Assembly (NCBI GenBank): GCA_964016885.1 | Contig: OZ024742.1 | Location: 124,062,001 to 124,126,000, forward strand | From: Eledone cirrhosa | Taxonomy: Eukaryota | Length of the DNA stretch: 64,000 bases | Direction: 5' to 3' | Part shown: positions 15,379 through 28,979 of the stretch, in pieces | How positions within the stretch are numbered: the stretch's first letter is position 1 | Layout: each line of letters starts with the position of its first letter | The notes under the pieces: model-generated | Databases searched by the model: none | What the model was told of the DNA's origin: nothing | Seen by the model: only the letters and a program-made list of their open reading frames with translations | Position numbers and translations under genes: made by a program

Positions 15379-16754
15379 CTGTTCATTAAATATATTTTAT
15401 TTCTTATTTAAAGATTCACTTCTTTAAATTTTTCAAAAGTCAACACTTCCGGTTAGCGATCGTTTAAATAAATATTCATATATTTCTGTCACTAATTTTT
15501 TTCTAATGCTGTTTATATATAATATCGTCTTTTTTTAATATATCATGGATTACGTTACTGATTACATAAGACAGTCTTCGTTCAATTTCTGTGTATATTG
15601 TCAATTATGATTTTATTTTATGTATCATATCTACATGCATATATACTTGCATACAATATCAATATACACACTACACATGCTAGCAGAAAACCACCAGAAG
15701 TGTGGTTTTTCTGCTAGTTATTATAAAGATAACTTACATAGAAATAAATTATATTAAATCAACTTTCCTTTATACATAAATGTTATACACTTTACATGGG
15801 AGAACATTATTTTAAAATGTTGAAATAGAGAAGAACATAAAACTTACAATCATTTCTGAACAACCTAATATTAAATTTTCGTTTATTCTGTAGTGTTAAA
15901 ATCTTTACAATATTTCCGAAATGGTTAGTGACAGAATTCCAATGCAACCAGAAATGTGTTAATGACAAGATCGCTGAGAGTGCGATCAACCATATGTTGC
16001 TACGAAATATATAAAAAAAGAAATGGATACCACAGTTGACGTATATGTCTGTTTTAAACGGTTAAAATGCTTTTGCCATTTCGGAAAAGCATGACGATAT
16101 AACAAAAAACACAAAAATATTAAATTCTTTATACATGAGATATCTAACAGCCTACTAATAAGGGGATAAAATAACAATTCAAATATTACAGATATTAACG
16201 ATATTGATATTAATAATAAAAATAATGGCAATAATTAAAAGTGTAAAAGTGCTTATAGAAGTAATAATGAAAATATTAGCCATAATTATAGAACGTACAT
16301 TATATTAAATTCACAAATAAATGTCTAACGCAAACTAAAAAAAATAAACGTTTCTAACATACGCTAAATGAAAACAAAATAAAGCATTATCTGTCAACAA
16401 AATGTGTTGTATTTGAAGAAATTGCTACTTGAAATATCATGAATAAAACGATTTATCCATTTTGTTTTACATCATGTGAAAAACAATATATTCACCCAAT
16501 AAACTGATGAAATAAATCATTTCATGTATGTGTTTCTATCTGTTAATAAGAGTGGAAATATATGTAAGATTATATGTGCGAATATATAAAGGCATGGGAT
16601 TATACACATATGAGCGACAAGTTAATATATAAATGTTTGTCACTGTTTATCACGCGTTCTCCTTTCACACCTTATACAATGATCCACATTAATGAGGCCT
16701 CTACCACAGATATTTCTCTCATTCTCTCTCTATATATATATATTTCCTTATATG

Positions 16755-17700
16755 TTCTTATAATATTTGCTTTAGTTTTAATTTTGATATTTCTTCTTCA
16801 GTCCAACTGAGAATGGGTGCTCTATATCTCACCACTACAACTGCAGTGACCAACATTCTCGCATACAAGTTGGATTTCAAAATATTTTTTACACTTTTTA
16901 AATATATCCCTCTAAACTTTTCTTTCATTTCTGCGTGCAATAGATTATCAAATTCTAAGACCCCTAAATATTTGTAGCTACTATCTACTGCCTCTCCCAT
17001 GGTTTCTTAAGATAGCAGTCGTAATCCACTACAGGCTGCTTTCTTCCCTTTTTTCAAGCCATAGACATCTTCTGTGTTAAGTTTCTTACAATATCTCAAA
17101 GTTTTCTTATCAATAACCTTGGTACCATAGGACCTCTCCCTACATCCTTTGTTGTTCCCTTCGTAGTATTACTTGCTATGATAGAAAAGCATATCTCTTC
17201 CCCGCAAATATCCTAGTGAGAAACTACCATATTATATTTAAGAATGCTATAAGGTGGTAGTTTCCCAGAGCGAAGCCCTTCTATCTTTATCATAAGCTCT
17301 GTTCTCGCTGTAACCATCCATGTGGAGACTGCCCCTCTCTCGACACAATCATGCAATTGTGTTATCAGTCTTTCATGCATCCTGCCTTAACCGCATTATG
17401 GCATTTTCAACCATGATTGTTTTACCTTTGTCTGTTTAGTGATCATCAGTTGCATTTCTTCCTCTACACTCAGTGCAACTGCTCGGGTGAGGTCTTTTGT
17501 TTGGGTTTTGTCTTCTGCCTGGATGTCTTGTGTGACAGCATATATTTTTTTGGTAGTTTCAATTATCATCTTCCTATCTACTTTTGTCATACTCGTTGGA
17601 ATTCTTTCTTCTGAGACATTTAAGACAGAGCAGGACTTATTTTTCACAATTGGAACTGCTTTTCTGAATGTACTTAATTCGCCTAAAAGTTCACATAAAC
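16755..17700 (-). mobile_element. Decayed R4/Dong-clade non-LTR retrotransposon (RT fragments)
   Basis: SYKYLGVLE...VKNILKSNL...VVRY.APILSWTEEE matches the R4/Dong RT C-terminal region; internally deleted. Confidence 0.7.
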
Positions 17701-17715
17701 TCCCATTATCTTTGC

Positions 17716-17840
17716 CTAACGATCTGAGTTCAAATACCACCGAGGTTGACTTTGCCTTTCATCCTTACGGAGTCGATAAAATAAAGTACCAGTAATGCAC
17801 TGGGTAATTGCTGGCCTTGTGCCTACAGTAGAAACAATTA
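17716..17840 (+). mobile_element. 5'-truncated SINE family A, 11-bp TSD
   Basis: B-box gagttcaaatacc and family body; attatctttgc at 17705-17715 and 17837-17847. Confidence 0.85.
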
Positions 17841-18473
17841 TCTTTGCTTCCACACGCAAACACATGCACATATACACACACACACAACTGCCATCACACA
17901 ATACACACCCACAGTTACAACAACCGTATACAGCACCCAACACACATCTACCTCTGCACACACATAATCCTCATATTCCTGCACTTTCTGATGCATGCAC
18001 GCATATGTGCATATACCAGCATACACCACCAACAAACACATTGCTAGGCTCACGCTTGGGTGTGCCTGTCTGCTTGTATCTATTACATGCGTGTATGTGT
18101 TTGATTGGCCCCTAGTGAAATGGCTTTAGCGCCATCGGTGTTGAATGTTTACTCCACCCTCAACACTTCTCGGCTCTATCCAATGGTATGCAACACGTAG
18201 TGGTTTCATACTTTGTAAGTAAAACTTTTGCAGTTGCACCAACTTATGGTCATACCCAAAGCTAAATAGCTTCTCTTACGAGCATACCATGAAATGAAAT
18301 ATAAAAGCAACGATCATATTCGTTACCACCTCCTTTCATATACAGCCTCTCTCAACTGCTATTATGTGTGTGTGAATGCATGTATATGTAGAAATTCATA
18401 TACATTGCTGTTCATCATCCTACGTTGGTCAGATCACGTGTGCACGCTCACTCACACATCCCCCCATATATAC

Positions 18474-18587
<114 letters not shown>

Positions 18588-18637
18588 ATGTGTGCGTGTC
18601 CGTGCGTGTGTATGTCTGTCTGTGTGTGTGTATAAAT

Positions 18638-18790
18638 ATATTGCACATAACTCAGTTATAACACCGTTTTCAAGACCTCAACATTCTATGGCATCAGACA
18701 CGTCAAATGACATCGACGTAATAACGTTTTAAAACCGGGTTTGGACCCTAGACGGTTCTGTTTGAAGGTCAAGCCTGGGTAAGATAACTT
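18638..18790 (-). repeat. Dispersed non-coding repeat, homolog inverted at ~29010-29125
   Basis: ataactcagttata.caccg..ttca.gacctcaacatt.tatggcat.aga.acgtcaaatgacat matches the reverse complement of 29020-29120, which ends in an HHR-like GAAACCGGU half. Confidence 0.65.
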
Positions 18791-20990
18791 GAAATTTGAA
18801 ACGTGTGCCTCGCAACGGAAATGATCTTAATAATTTTCGATCATTACAATGGACAATATCCGTGTTGTTTCGGATTAATTCCGTCTACATGGACAATTTG
18901 TCTTCTCACTATAGCCATCAGGAAACTGTTTCTTTCTTACGCAACTTGTATCTATAATATCTTATAATACGTTTCCTTTTTGCGACACTAGTAGCTCTAT
19001 TTCAATATAATTTGCTAGTATGTGTAGCATTTCGAACGACCACATAGAGCTTACCACCCGGATCATTAATCTGATTAAATATATTTAAATCATTTCTAGT
19101 TTATTTGATAGAAGTATGTATCATAAATATATTAAGGATATACGAGTATATGTATTAGCTGGCCATTATACATTATAAGACTATTGTATTGCAAATACTA
19201 CTTTTCTACACATCTATTTTCAGCTGTTGCTATATATACCCGTATTTGACATAATTCTAATTCCATTTTCTAATTAAGCAAATATGGAATGAGAAAATAT
19301 TCTCACTTTTCATACTAAAGTATTTTAGATATTGGCTAAATTGTTTATCCATATACAAGGAGTGACATTATTAGTAAGCGTTCTGTCTATTACCAACTAT
19401 TTGTCATGTTTAAGGATTAATAAGATATCCCTATCCACAACTCTCAGAACATATACCTCGATTTGTCATAAAAGAATTGTTAGATGTGATTCTTCCTGGG
19501 TGCTGCTTATAGTAAATGCATTATTTGATATTCCAAATGTTTAGAAGGGAGAATTCGTTAAAACAATTTATATAATTATTACATTGATCTCTACGTTTTC
19601 TTAAACTTGACGGAGCATTACGTTTATATATTACATAATAAATTTTTGGCACGAAAATACTCGCAGCATGTTATAGACAATGTGATAGGAAAGAAATTGA
19701 ATTTCCTTATGAGTTCATATTTACTTGATTCACTGTAAATCACAAAAGAATTAAATCTAAGATATATTATTAGATCCAATGTCACCATTTCACTGAATTC
19801 TGTACATCAAATTCTTATTTCAGTAATTCAACTAATATAATTTCATGAAAATGAAAATAATATTTAAAAATTATCCATCTATTTCAATTGTACTCAAGCA
19901 ATCTATCATTTAAATGCATCGTCTTTCTAATATAGAAAATTGTTTTATAGCTTGTAGCAAATCAAATTAATATTCACCCATAAATTCTCATGAGAATGTG
20001 CGTTGTCAGCAAATAATATTTCAATTTGTCGCTCGGTATTTTATCAGTATAATTTCCTCAGTTCCTATACTGCTTTTAGTATAAAGCAAGGTGACGATAC
20101 ATGTTTCTTATCCTCTTCACAGAACAGTATAAAATAAGGCATGGCACCAGATTTGTAACTGCCTTTTCATATAAAAATCAACATTATCCATGCGATGGAT
20201 ATTGTAAATATGGGGGGTAATAATTTGACATGTCTGTCATTTATATTGTTTTTAATATACACCTTTTATTATTTATGTGTATATTCATATCTATAACCAT
20301 TTGTAAAGTGTTGGAAACTCATATAGCACTGATATAAATTCTGAAATTTATATATAGAAATCGTCGCTTCATCTTAAAATAGTGTGGCGAAATGTAAAGT
20401 ACAACCAAATATAAAATAATGGATTTAGATTTATGGACAAGGCCAACAACCTTTGGGAAGAGGTAAAAACTAACCAGGGCAACATTTGAATTCAACTAAA
20501 CTTAAAATATTAATATACAATAGTACAAGAAATACAGAGTTAAAATGAAATATATTCCACATTGATAGATCATCAAGGCTTATGTGATATTAATTTAAAG
20601 GTTATTTTTTATTTAAATGTTGTATCATCAATGTCTTTAAATAGATTTCTTATTAGCTATAGGAAATCAAAAGTATAGCATTTTATTATTTTTTTCAAAT
20701 TTATTTTGATTGATAGACAGGTGCCTTCTATATTTCCAACTATATTATAAATGATTACATATATTATTTACATACAATATTTACTAACAAAATATGAATC
20801 AGGTAAAGGAACTGGCCTAACCGAGGTAATGGTTGGTCAGGGTTGCACATGTTTCCAGACAGTGAGTGTGAGCCGTAAAATCCCTTTTTTCCACGTTGAC
20901 CTCGCTAACCATGCAGCCATATGCGTTATCCATCTATCTATCTATCTATCTATCCAGCTAACAAGCTATTTATGTCTCTCTCTCCATAAC

Positions 20991-21029
<39 letters not shown>

Positions 21030-21035
<6 letters not shown>

Positions 21036-21400
21036 ATGCTCTGGGAGGGTCATGTTGCCAATCAGAAACACACGCACCAGAGCATTCACTTCAATTTATT
21101 TTGAATTAAATTTATAAATTTAGGAATTTATAAATTTCCGGTTGGTTGATTCCACAACCAGGCGATTGTTCATATATTGTCAAAGTTCTTTCGTCACACA
21201 TTCTGTGACCTCTTCATTGACTGGGGATTATTTTCTTTGTTTTTGTGCCTCTCCTTTGTTCCTGTCCTACGCCATCTTGTTTTGTGTGTGTGTTGTGTGC
21301 TTAGTTTGCGCATCTGTTACATCCGCGTGTCTCTGTGTGTTTATATTTGTTTATTTATTTGATTATTTACATGTTACTGGTTGGTTGTTTATTCTATAAA
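21030..21400 (-). mobile_element. PLE terminal-repeat fragment with HHR at 21179-21221
   Basis: tgttatgct..ggga..gtcat start shared with 23407. Minus strand GUCA-AUGAAGA-G-GUCACA-GAAUG-UGUGAC-GAAAG-AA-CUU-UGAC (C3A lesion). Confidence 0.65.
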
Positions 21401-21723
21401 AAGATCAGTTTCAACACACGTTTTCAGATAAAGTATCTTGCTAAACAAATTCAGAAACGAAATATATCTCTATATATATATATATATATATTCAGGGAGA
21501 ATCGTATTCCGGCGGGTAGAAATAATCGAAACGCAATTTCCGATTTGTGTTGGCAAGCGCTACATGGACCAAAAGAGACCAGAGTAATAAATATATGTTA
21601 TAAAGGCCATACAAATTGAGACGGCGGTTAAGAAGCTATCAATCACCTAAGACAAAAAAAAAGGAAGCAAACTAAACGGATCAAACAAGATAAATGAATG
21701 AAATATATATATGTTTGTGTATA

Positions 21724-21749
<26 letters not shown>

Positions 21750-21755
<6 letters not shown>

Positions 21756-23154
21756 AGATCAAAAGATGGTTAAAAGAGTTCCATGTATTTTATTATGCGC
21801 ATTTCAAAAACAAATATCATCATGCAATAACATTTCGGTTTTCATCAGATAAAGTAGGAAGACATGATATGAAGGTTAAACACACTTGTGGATAGTGCAG
21901 TTTTAAATCAACATATGAAAAGTAGTTTTAGGTTGATGTGTGATATTGGGAAAACAATTGTTGAGGGGGGTGGGGTGGAAAGGATGAAAAAGAGGAGGAG
22001 ATGAGCGTAAAAAGTGGAGGGGGGGAGCATAATGAGGAAGTTTGGATATTAGCTGTATACTTTATCAATTTAGAATCCTTTTCTCAAAGGCACATATATA
22101 TATATATATATACTTCTTTAAAAATATATCCATCTTTCAAAATTATTTATTATACATTATATTAGACTTGTTACTCATTCTATATCACTCCTATTTATCA
22201 CGTCCCTTTCTTCCTTTTCCTTTTCTTTTCTTTTTCTTTTAAGTTCTAACCCCTAATCTGTACCTTTTCTCACTGTGCCTAACATAGAAACAATTATTAC
22301 ACAATACAATATATTCTTACTTTATATCACCTTGAAAAAATCCTTCGTAAACATAAACATTTTTTAGACGTTAGAATATTCATCCTCAATTCATTATTTT
22401 TTTTCTCACTTTCATGCTCATCTAACTATTTCATCCCATCTTCTACTTTTTTCACAATATATCCTTACTTACATTACCTTTGCTATTTTGAATAATACAT
22501 ATCAACATTTTCTTTCCATCGCACATATTATTAAACCCTTAAATATTATTCTTAATACATATTAACAATTTATTTTCATCGCACATATTATTAAACCCTT
22601 CAATATACAAACCTTAACTTTACATTATTTTTCTCTTCGTTAATTTTCAAATTCTTTTAATTTATACATTATCTTCCAACGGTTTTTCAACCTCTCTATG
22701 TAAAACAATACATTTTTCTCAGTTATAAAAGCTATCTCTCTCTCTCTATCCCCCATCTCTCCTCCTATCTCATCCTTCCTCATTATACTCCTCCCCCTCC
22801 ACTTTTTACTCTCATCTCCTCCTCTTTTTCATCCTTTCCAACCTCCCCCCCTCAACATTTTTTTCCCCAATATCACACATCAATCTAAAACTACGTTTCA
22901 TATGTTGATTTAAAACTGCACTATCCACAAGTGTTTTTTAACCTTCATATCATGTCTTCCTATGTTATCAGATGAAAACACAAATGTTATTGCATGATGA
23001 TATTTGTTTTTGAAATGCGCATAATAAAATACATGGAACTCTTTTAACCATCTTTTGATCTTATATATTATGTATACTCCAGTCCTACAAACTGTAGAGT
23101 GCTACTTATCCGATATCTGCATTGCTTTATTGTACTACAATAAAAGTCACCTAC

Positions 23155-23157
<3 letters not shown>
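21750..23157. mobile_element. PLE-type module with ~290-bp inverted repeats (21750-22040 and 22775-23067) between (TA)n tracts
   Basis: Arms are reverse complements; each carries an HHR; AATAAA at ~23139 precedes (TA)n; relative at 34455-34770. Confidence 0.8.
21789..21853 (-). ncRNA. Type I hammerhead ribozyme (intact core)
   Basis: UUUAU-CUGAUGA-AAAC...GUUUUU-GAAAU-GCGC-AUA-AUAAA; palindromic stem III AUGCGCAU. Partner arm 22965-23027 (+) reads CAGAUGA. Confidence 0.65.
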
Positions 23158-23206
<49 letters not shown>

Positions 23207-23406
23207 AAGTTCAATTAACACTTAGGATTTAATATTCTACTATACTATTTCATTATAATACCATTATAAATTTTAAAGGATTGTAAATAAAACGAGTAAA
23301 TCAGACAAACTTGGAATTCCTCTTATTAATATAATCTTCTATACACAATCATACACACCCGTGTATATTTATCTATATATATCTCTATATATATATATGT
23401 ATATAT

Positions 23407-25570
23407 TGTTATGCTTGGGGAGAGTCATATGTGTGTAATAATATTGCCAGAATTAATAACAGAACACACTCACTGTTTGGTTGGTTTTCGCTTCCTTGTC
23501 TTTTATATCGGTTAATTTAATTTATTCGGTCCTCAATGTTATCATTGACAGAACAACGGTCAAAAATACAGATACAATATAGACACAAACACATATATAT
23601 AGTCTAACAAAGTTCTTTTGTTGCACATATGCAACATCGTCAGTGGTGCTATTATGTTTCCTCCCGTTGTATTGTATGCCTACGCCATCTTTATTTACTC
23701 TGTTTATTTATTTATTCAATTTATTTTTGTTTTATTTTTGTCTTCTCTGCGCATGCGTTTGCGTGTGAGTATAGGGTTTGATGTGTGTTCGTGTTTGGGT
23801 GACTGTGTATTGGTTATTGTATTCTATCTTAGTTTACTAGTGTGTGTTTATATGTGTTTGTTGTTATTGTGCTTGTGTATGTATTTATTTATTTATCTAT
23901 ACTTCTCTTAGGTCAGTATTGTTTGTTTGGGTGTTGTTGTTATTCCATTCATTTTCTCTGTTTAGCTTTGGCCTTTTAAGTTCTGTTTCGCTGGCCTCTC
24001 TGATTTGCCTATCTGCTGGGTCATTTCTATGCTTAGATATTATTCTAATTTCTATGTTGTCTATGTTACCGTCGTGTTGTTGTTGGCATGTTCGTATAGT
24101 ACTGAACCGTTTTTTCGTTCTTTTAGTTCCCCTAGAGCTGGTCTATCCTTTCACCTATGCTACGAGCTGGATCGCCTATGTATGTTGTTGTCATGTTTCT
24201 GCAAGTACCCTCTGTACATCTTATGCTAGAGACTACGTTTCTAGTTTTACAGTTTATCCGGGGGTTTACGTTACATATAATACATTACCTATTAGTACAG
24301 TGGGTTTTCTTAAAAGGGTAGGTTTTGCTGATCAGGGATTTTATGGTTGTTCCTGGCTTTTCTACCACCTTAATCTTCAAGTGGGTCCTTCTCAGAGCCT
24401 TTCTACACTGGGTAGCTAATTTCTCTCCAGGTGTAGCGTCCACACACATGACACTCTGGTATTTCTGGTTGCCGTACCATGAGGTGGGTTTCCCTATCTT
24501 ATGTTTAGTCCTATCTAAGCTATTCCATGATTTGCTCCTGTATAATGGGCAAATTCCTTTCATGTCCAGTTCTATGAGGGTCTTATACTTCTCCGTGGCT
24601 CCTTCGTATACTCTGATTCTGTCTCTTTGGTTGTAGCCAGAGACATGCATGTGGTTGATGAAGTGTTGGACGTGTCTTTCCATTTCTGTTGGGTAGCACA
24701 TGCGGGACACGTTCTTCCTCACTCCTACCAAGTCTACGATTAGAATATTAAACTTAGCACTACTGGACATTGCTGAGTTTGTGAGTATCAGGTATTTAGA
24801 GGCCATGGGTTTAGCATAGTGTGAATGGAGAATTTGGGTTCTCTCGTCTATAGTGTTAATCCAGAGTGCCGTGTCTAATACAGGTAGTCTATTGTTAGTG
24901 TGTTTGGAAGGGTAGTCGATAGTTACAGTTATACTCTGGTGTATGGAATTAACTATCTGCTGGATGCTTTCCATTGAGCTATTTTCTAAATCATACTTTT
25001 TAGTACTCTCTTGTGGGGATGTCCTTATTACTATATTGATGTCGTCTACGTAACGAGAGTACATGATGAGGTCTATGGAGCTCTCATGCAGGAGATCTTT
25101 GAGTCTCCTTTCCCACCATACCATAACAAGGTTGGCAACGTCACCAGCTATGCTGACGCCAATGGCTGCTCCCTCATTTCCGGTGTAGATCTCGTTGAAT
25201 TTGAATATGTGGCCCTTTAGGGTAGTTTTGATACTAGCACCTATTGCATGTGCGACCATTTTTCATACCTGATCATTGTTTTGGGGTTTCCGTAAAGCTT
25301 TGGTCCACCCAATCCACCTTCCCATGGGAGTCTTTTTTGCCATTGAGGTTATGGTGGGGGGTCTACCTCTAATGGGTCTACTGGGACAAAAACGTCTAAG
25401 GTCATGGCTGTCTAGGTAGTCAGTGTCATAGGTAAGTCTAAGTAGGAGGCCCAGTTTGTCTGTGTCGATGTCGCAGAACTCCACCTCACTCTCAATGATC
25501 ATCTCCACACATTTTTCCACAGGAAAATCAATGTTAATGAATGGGTACAGTGATACCACATCCATTTTAT
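23407..25570 (-). mobile_element. 5'-truncated Penelope-like retroelement: RT, decayed C-terminal nuclease region, 3' terminal repeat with degenerate HHR (23606-23647)
   Basis: ORFs 25263..25586 (MDVVSLYP) and 24285..25259 (GAAIG, YSRYVDD, LPVLDTALW, HYAKPMAS). HHR remnant CUGACGA-U-GUUGCA..UGCAAC-AAAAG-AA-CUU. Confidence 0.85.
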
Positions 25571-25608
25571 ATAAAAAACCTTGCAAAACTAATTCATCAC
25601 CGTTATAT

Positions 25609-25790
25609 GGTGGATTGGCAGTATCGGTAGAGGGTCGGGCGCCATGCTTTCCAGCATAGTTACGTCCCTTTACGATCTGAGTTCAAATCCCGCCGAGGTT
25701 GACTTTGCCTTTCATCCTTACGGGGTCGATAAAATAAAGTACCAGTAATGCACTGGATAATTGTTGGCCTTGTGCCTAAAGTAGAAACAG

Positions 25791-25792
<2 letters not shown>
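25609..25792 (+). mobile_element. SINE family A, full length
   Basis: A-box tggcagtatcgg, B-box gagttcaaatcc and family body. Confidence 0.9.
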
Positions 25793-25845
<53 letters not shown>

Positions 25846-25848
25846 TAT

Positions 25849-26520
25849 AAAATATGTAGTTTAGAAAGCCACAACAATGCAGATGGGTAATCTCGACGTA
25901 GGAAGTGAGTAAGACATAGGAGAAAAGTGAAAAATGAGAGAAACGAAAACAAAACAAAGGTAGAAGGATTACCGTAATGGAGATTTAATCCCAATATTTC
26001 GGGCTCACGCCCATCAACGGGGGGAAAGTTCCAAAAGGGGGGGGAACAGGCTAAGCCGGAGAAAGTTGTATTGTCGTTAAAACATAGGAATGCCGTTATG
26101 GGGAAAAATTCAAACGAGGGAAAGAGTGCGCGTGCGAGCGATAGGCTGTGGCAAAAGCTACTGACCAATTGGGTTGGATCAATAGGGTGCGCTAGCGCGT
26201 GAAAGCCGCAAAATATGTGTGTGTAAATATATATATGTGTGTGTAACTGTCTGTGTATATGTGTATGTGTGTAACGGCATTCCTATGTTTTAACGACAAT
26301 ACAACAACTTTCTCCGGCTTAGCCTGTTCCCCCCTTTTGGAACTTACCCGTTGATGGGCGTGAGCCCGAACTATTGCGATTAAATCTCCACTACGGTAAT
26401 CCTTCTACCTTTGTTTTGTTTTCGTTTCTCTCATTTTTCACTTTTCTCCTATTTCTTACTCACTTCCTACCTCGAGATTTCCTATCTGCATAGTTGTAGC
26501 TTTCTAAACCACATATTTTA
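25849..26520. mobile_element. Non-coding module with ~250-bp inverted repeats (25849-26098 and 26272-26520) between (TA)n tracts
   Basis: Arms are reverse complements; both contain the hammerhead-like UUGAU-GGGC-GUGA-GCCC-GAA. Confidence 0.8.
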
Positions 26521-26555
26521 CATATTTCACAATGCTTCAAGCAAACTTTAACACC

Positions 26556-26653
<98 letters not shown>

Positions 26654-26671
26654 TATATCTAACTATCTATC

Positions 26672-26899
26672 TAGGGCGGGTAACATTCCCGATATCCATG
26701 GACGAGTTCTCTACAGCGGTCTCTGACCCTCATCATCACCGCCACGTCCTGCGTATCCAACAGACCAGTGTCTGTCCTTAGGGCATCAACATACGTTAAG
26801 CTTGGTCTTCCTCTTCCAGTGTGTTCATGCAGGGGCTCTCACAGAAGCCCTGAGTGCAATGTCAACTCTGGATGTCGGTGAGCATGTCCAGCTAACCTC
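26672..26899 (-). mobile_element. RTE-clade LINE 3' fragment (same family as 4223-4597)
   Basis: Reverse complement aligns with ~4370-4597 (gaggttagctggacatgctcaccgacatccagagttgac...). Confidence 0.85.
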
Positions 26900-26924
26900 A
26901 TATATATATATATGTAGGGGTGTG

Positions 26925-27050
26925 AAGGCCCGTGGCTGAGTGCTTAGGGAATTGGATTCGCAATCGGGAGGTTGCGATTTCGATTCGCAGATTTAGATGA
27001 TTTATCTCATTGAGCAAGGCACTTTTTTCACGTGGTTCCTTCTGCCTGCA
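26925..27050 (+). mobile_element. Degenerate SINE family B head
   Basis: aaggcccgtggctgagtg...ttcgattc...ttgagcaaggcac. Confidence 0.5.
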
Positions 27051-28539
27051 GTTGTGACAGACAGATATTATAGGAAATTGGAAAGACCAATGGAAACATT
27101 GTTTCCTCTGTCCGATTAGACTAGCTCCACCCAGTCAATAGGAGATAGGGTTAAAATAGAAGATAAACAGAAAGTAAATGTGATAAGAGGAAGGAAGATG
27201 GAAAATGTGGAAAAAGGTGGAGGACAAAATATCTCGTGCCTATTAAGTCAGCCATCTTGATTAATTAGAAAGTAATATGTCTTTAATATTTAGTCAAATC
27301 AATGGGTGTATGAAATATACAAATGAAATATCACTCTGAGAAGTAATCTAATAAAGCCAAAATGTCAATTTAGGAGAGTATCCGTAAGAGCGACTAGCAT
27401 ATCTTAATCTAACTCATGTAATATCCTCTCTACCATGATTTCTAGAATAAAGAAACAATATCGTGTATGGCAGACCAATGGAACTAACACTTTTGGAAGA
27501 CGTTTTCCTGTCAGCAGGGGAGAGTTCTTTGAAATACGAGGTAGTATTGATTATAAAGGATACAGACCATTTCGTTCCCGAAACCGCATGGCGACTAAAG
27601 CATTGCGTGTAGAACTACTAAATGAACAAATCCCTCTACATATATTAGGACAATACGAAATGCTTATGAGGCTAGAAATAGCAGGAAAAACTGTCTAAAT
27701 GGATGAGTGTTTAGTATTAACTAAAAAGTTATTTGTCTCTAATACTTAGACCACTCAATGAATGATTAATATATACAGATAAGATATCACTCAGAGAACT
27801 AATTTAACATGAAATGTATGCCAACATCTCATTTAGGGTTGTAAAAGTCAGACGTTCTAAAATAAGTTAATATAATTCATATAATCGTATCATTCCATAT
27901 TTAAGTATGGTCAATGAGGAATATGTGCCAATAGCCGGTTTATTCATATTTATGATTGCTTCGTTTTCTTTATTTATCAAAGACATGTTTTTAATTCTAT
28001 CAGTTAATTGCTTTTTTTGTTGTTGAAAATATTAGATATTAGATAGAAACAACATCATATACAACAGAGAGGGGAGTGTGTTAAAGTGAGACACAGAGAT
28101 TGAGTGAAAGAAGAGTGGGTATGTAACTAATCTGAGGGGAAACCAATGTTTGGAGAGTGATAAGGCCGGGGCTTCTCCTGCAGGCAAACATAGTTCGTAG
28201 TTCGTAGTTCGAATGAAGCAGTTCAAGAGAGAAAAATATAAACAGGTGGCTTTTGCTGCTTTACTTACCATTATTTCCTGTTTACTTATTTTAATCGATT
28301 TGTCTTATACTCCTCTAAATTGTGTTTTGGCATAAATTTAATTTGTTAAATTATTTCTCTGAGTAATATGTTATCCATTCATTTAGATGTAAAAATATTA
28401 GTGACAAATGCGAAAGGTGAAATCAGTGCCCTCGAAGATAATGTATTGTGAAGCTAACTGTATACCGATCTCGTCCTATGGACTGGGTGCTCTACTTATT
28501 ACTGGTATAACCTCCCAGTACTCGCTCTCTCTATCTCTA

Positions 28540-28647
<108 letters not shown>

Positions 28648-28702
28648 TGAGATTCTACAGGAATAGAACTGTTTCATTCTTTAGAAATAATCAGGAATCT
28701 CA

Positions 28703-28755
28703 GAGATTCCTGATGATTTCTAAAGAATGAAACAGTTCTAGTCCTGTAGAATCTC
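28703..28755 (+). ncRNA. Complete type I hammerhead ribozyme in the right arm of a 123-bp palindrome (28641-28763)
   Basis: GAGAUUC-CUGAUGA-UUUC-UAAA-GAAU-GAAACAG-UUCUAGUC-CUGUA-GAAUCUC: 7-bp stem I, 4-bp stem III, GUA triplet. Confidence 0.8.
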
Positions 28756-28895
28756 ATCTATATTAAAACTGTTATACTCTGCAATGTATTGAGTACCTTA
28801 CTTACTGTGGTTACCTCCGATTCAACCCGGAATAACGTATATATATATATATATATATCACCTATATATGTATATCTCTCTCTCTCTCTCTCTTA

Positions 28896-28979
<84 letters not shown>

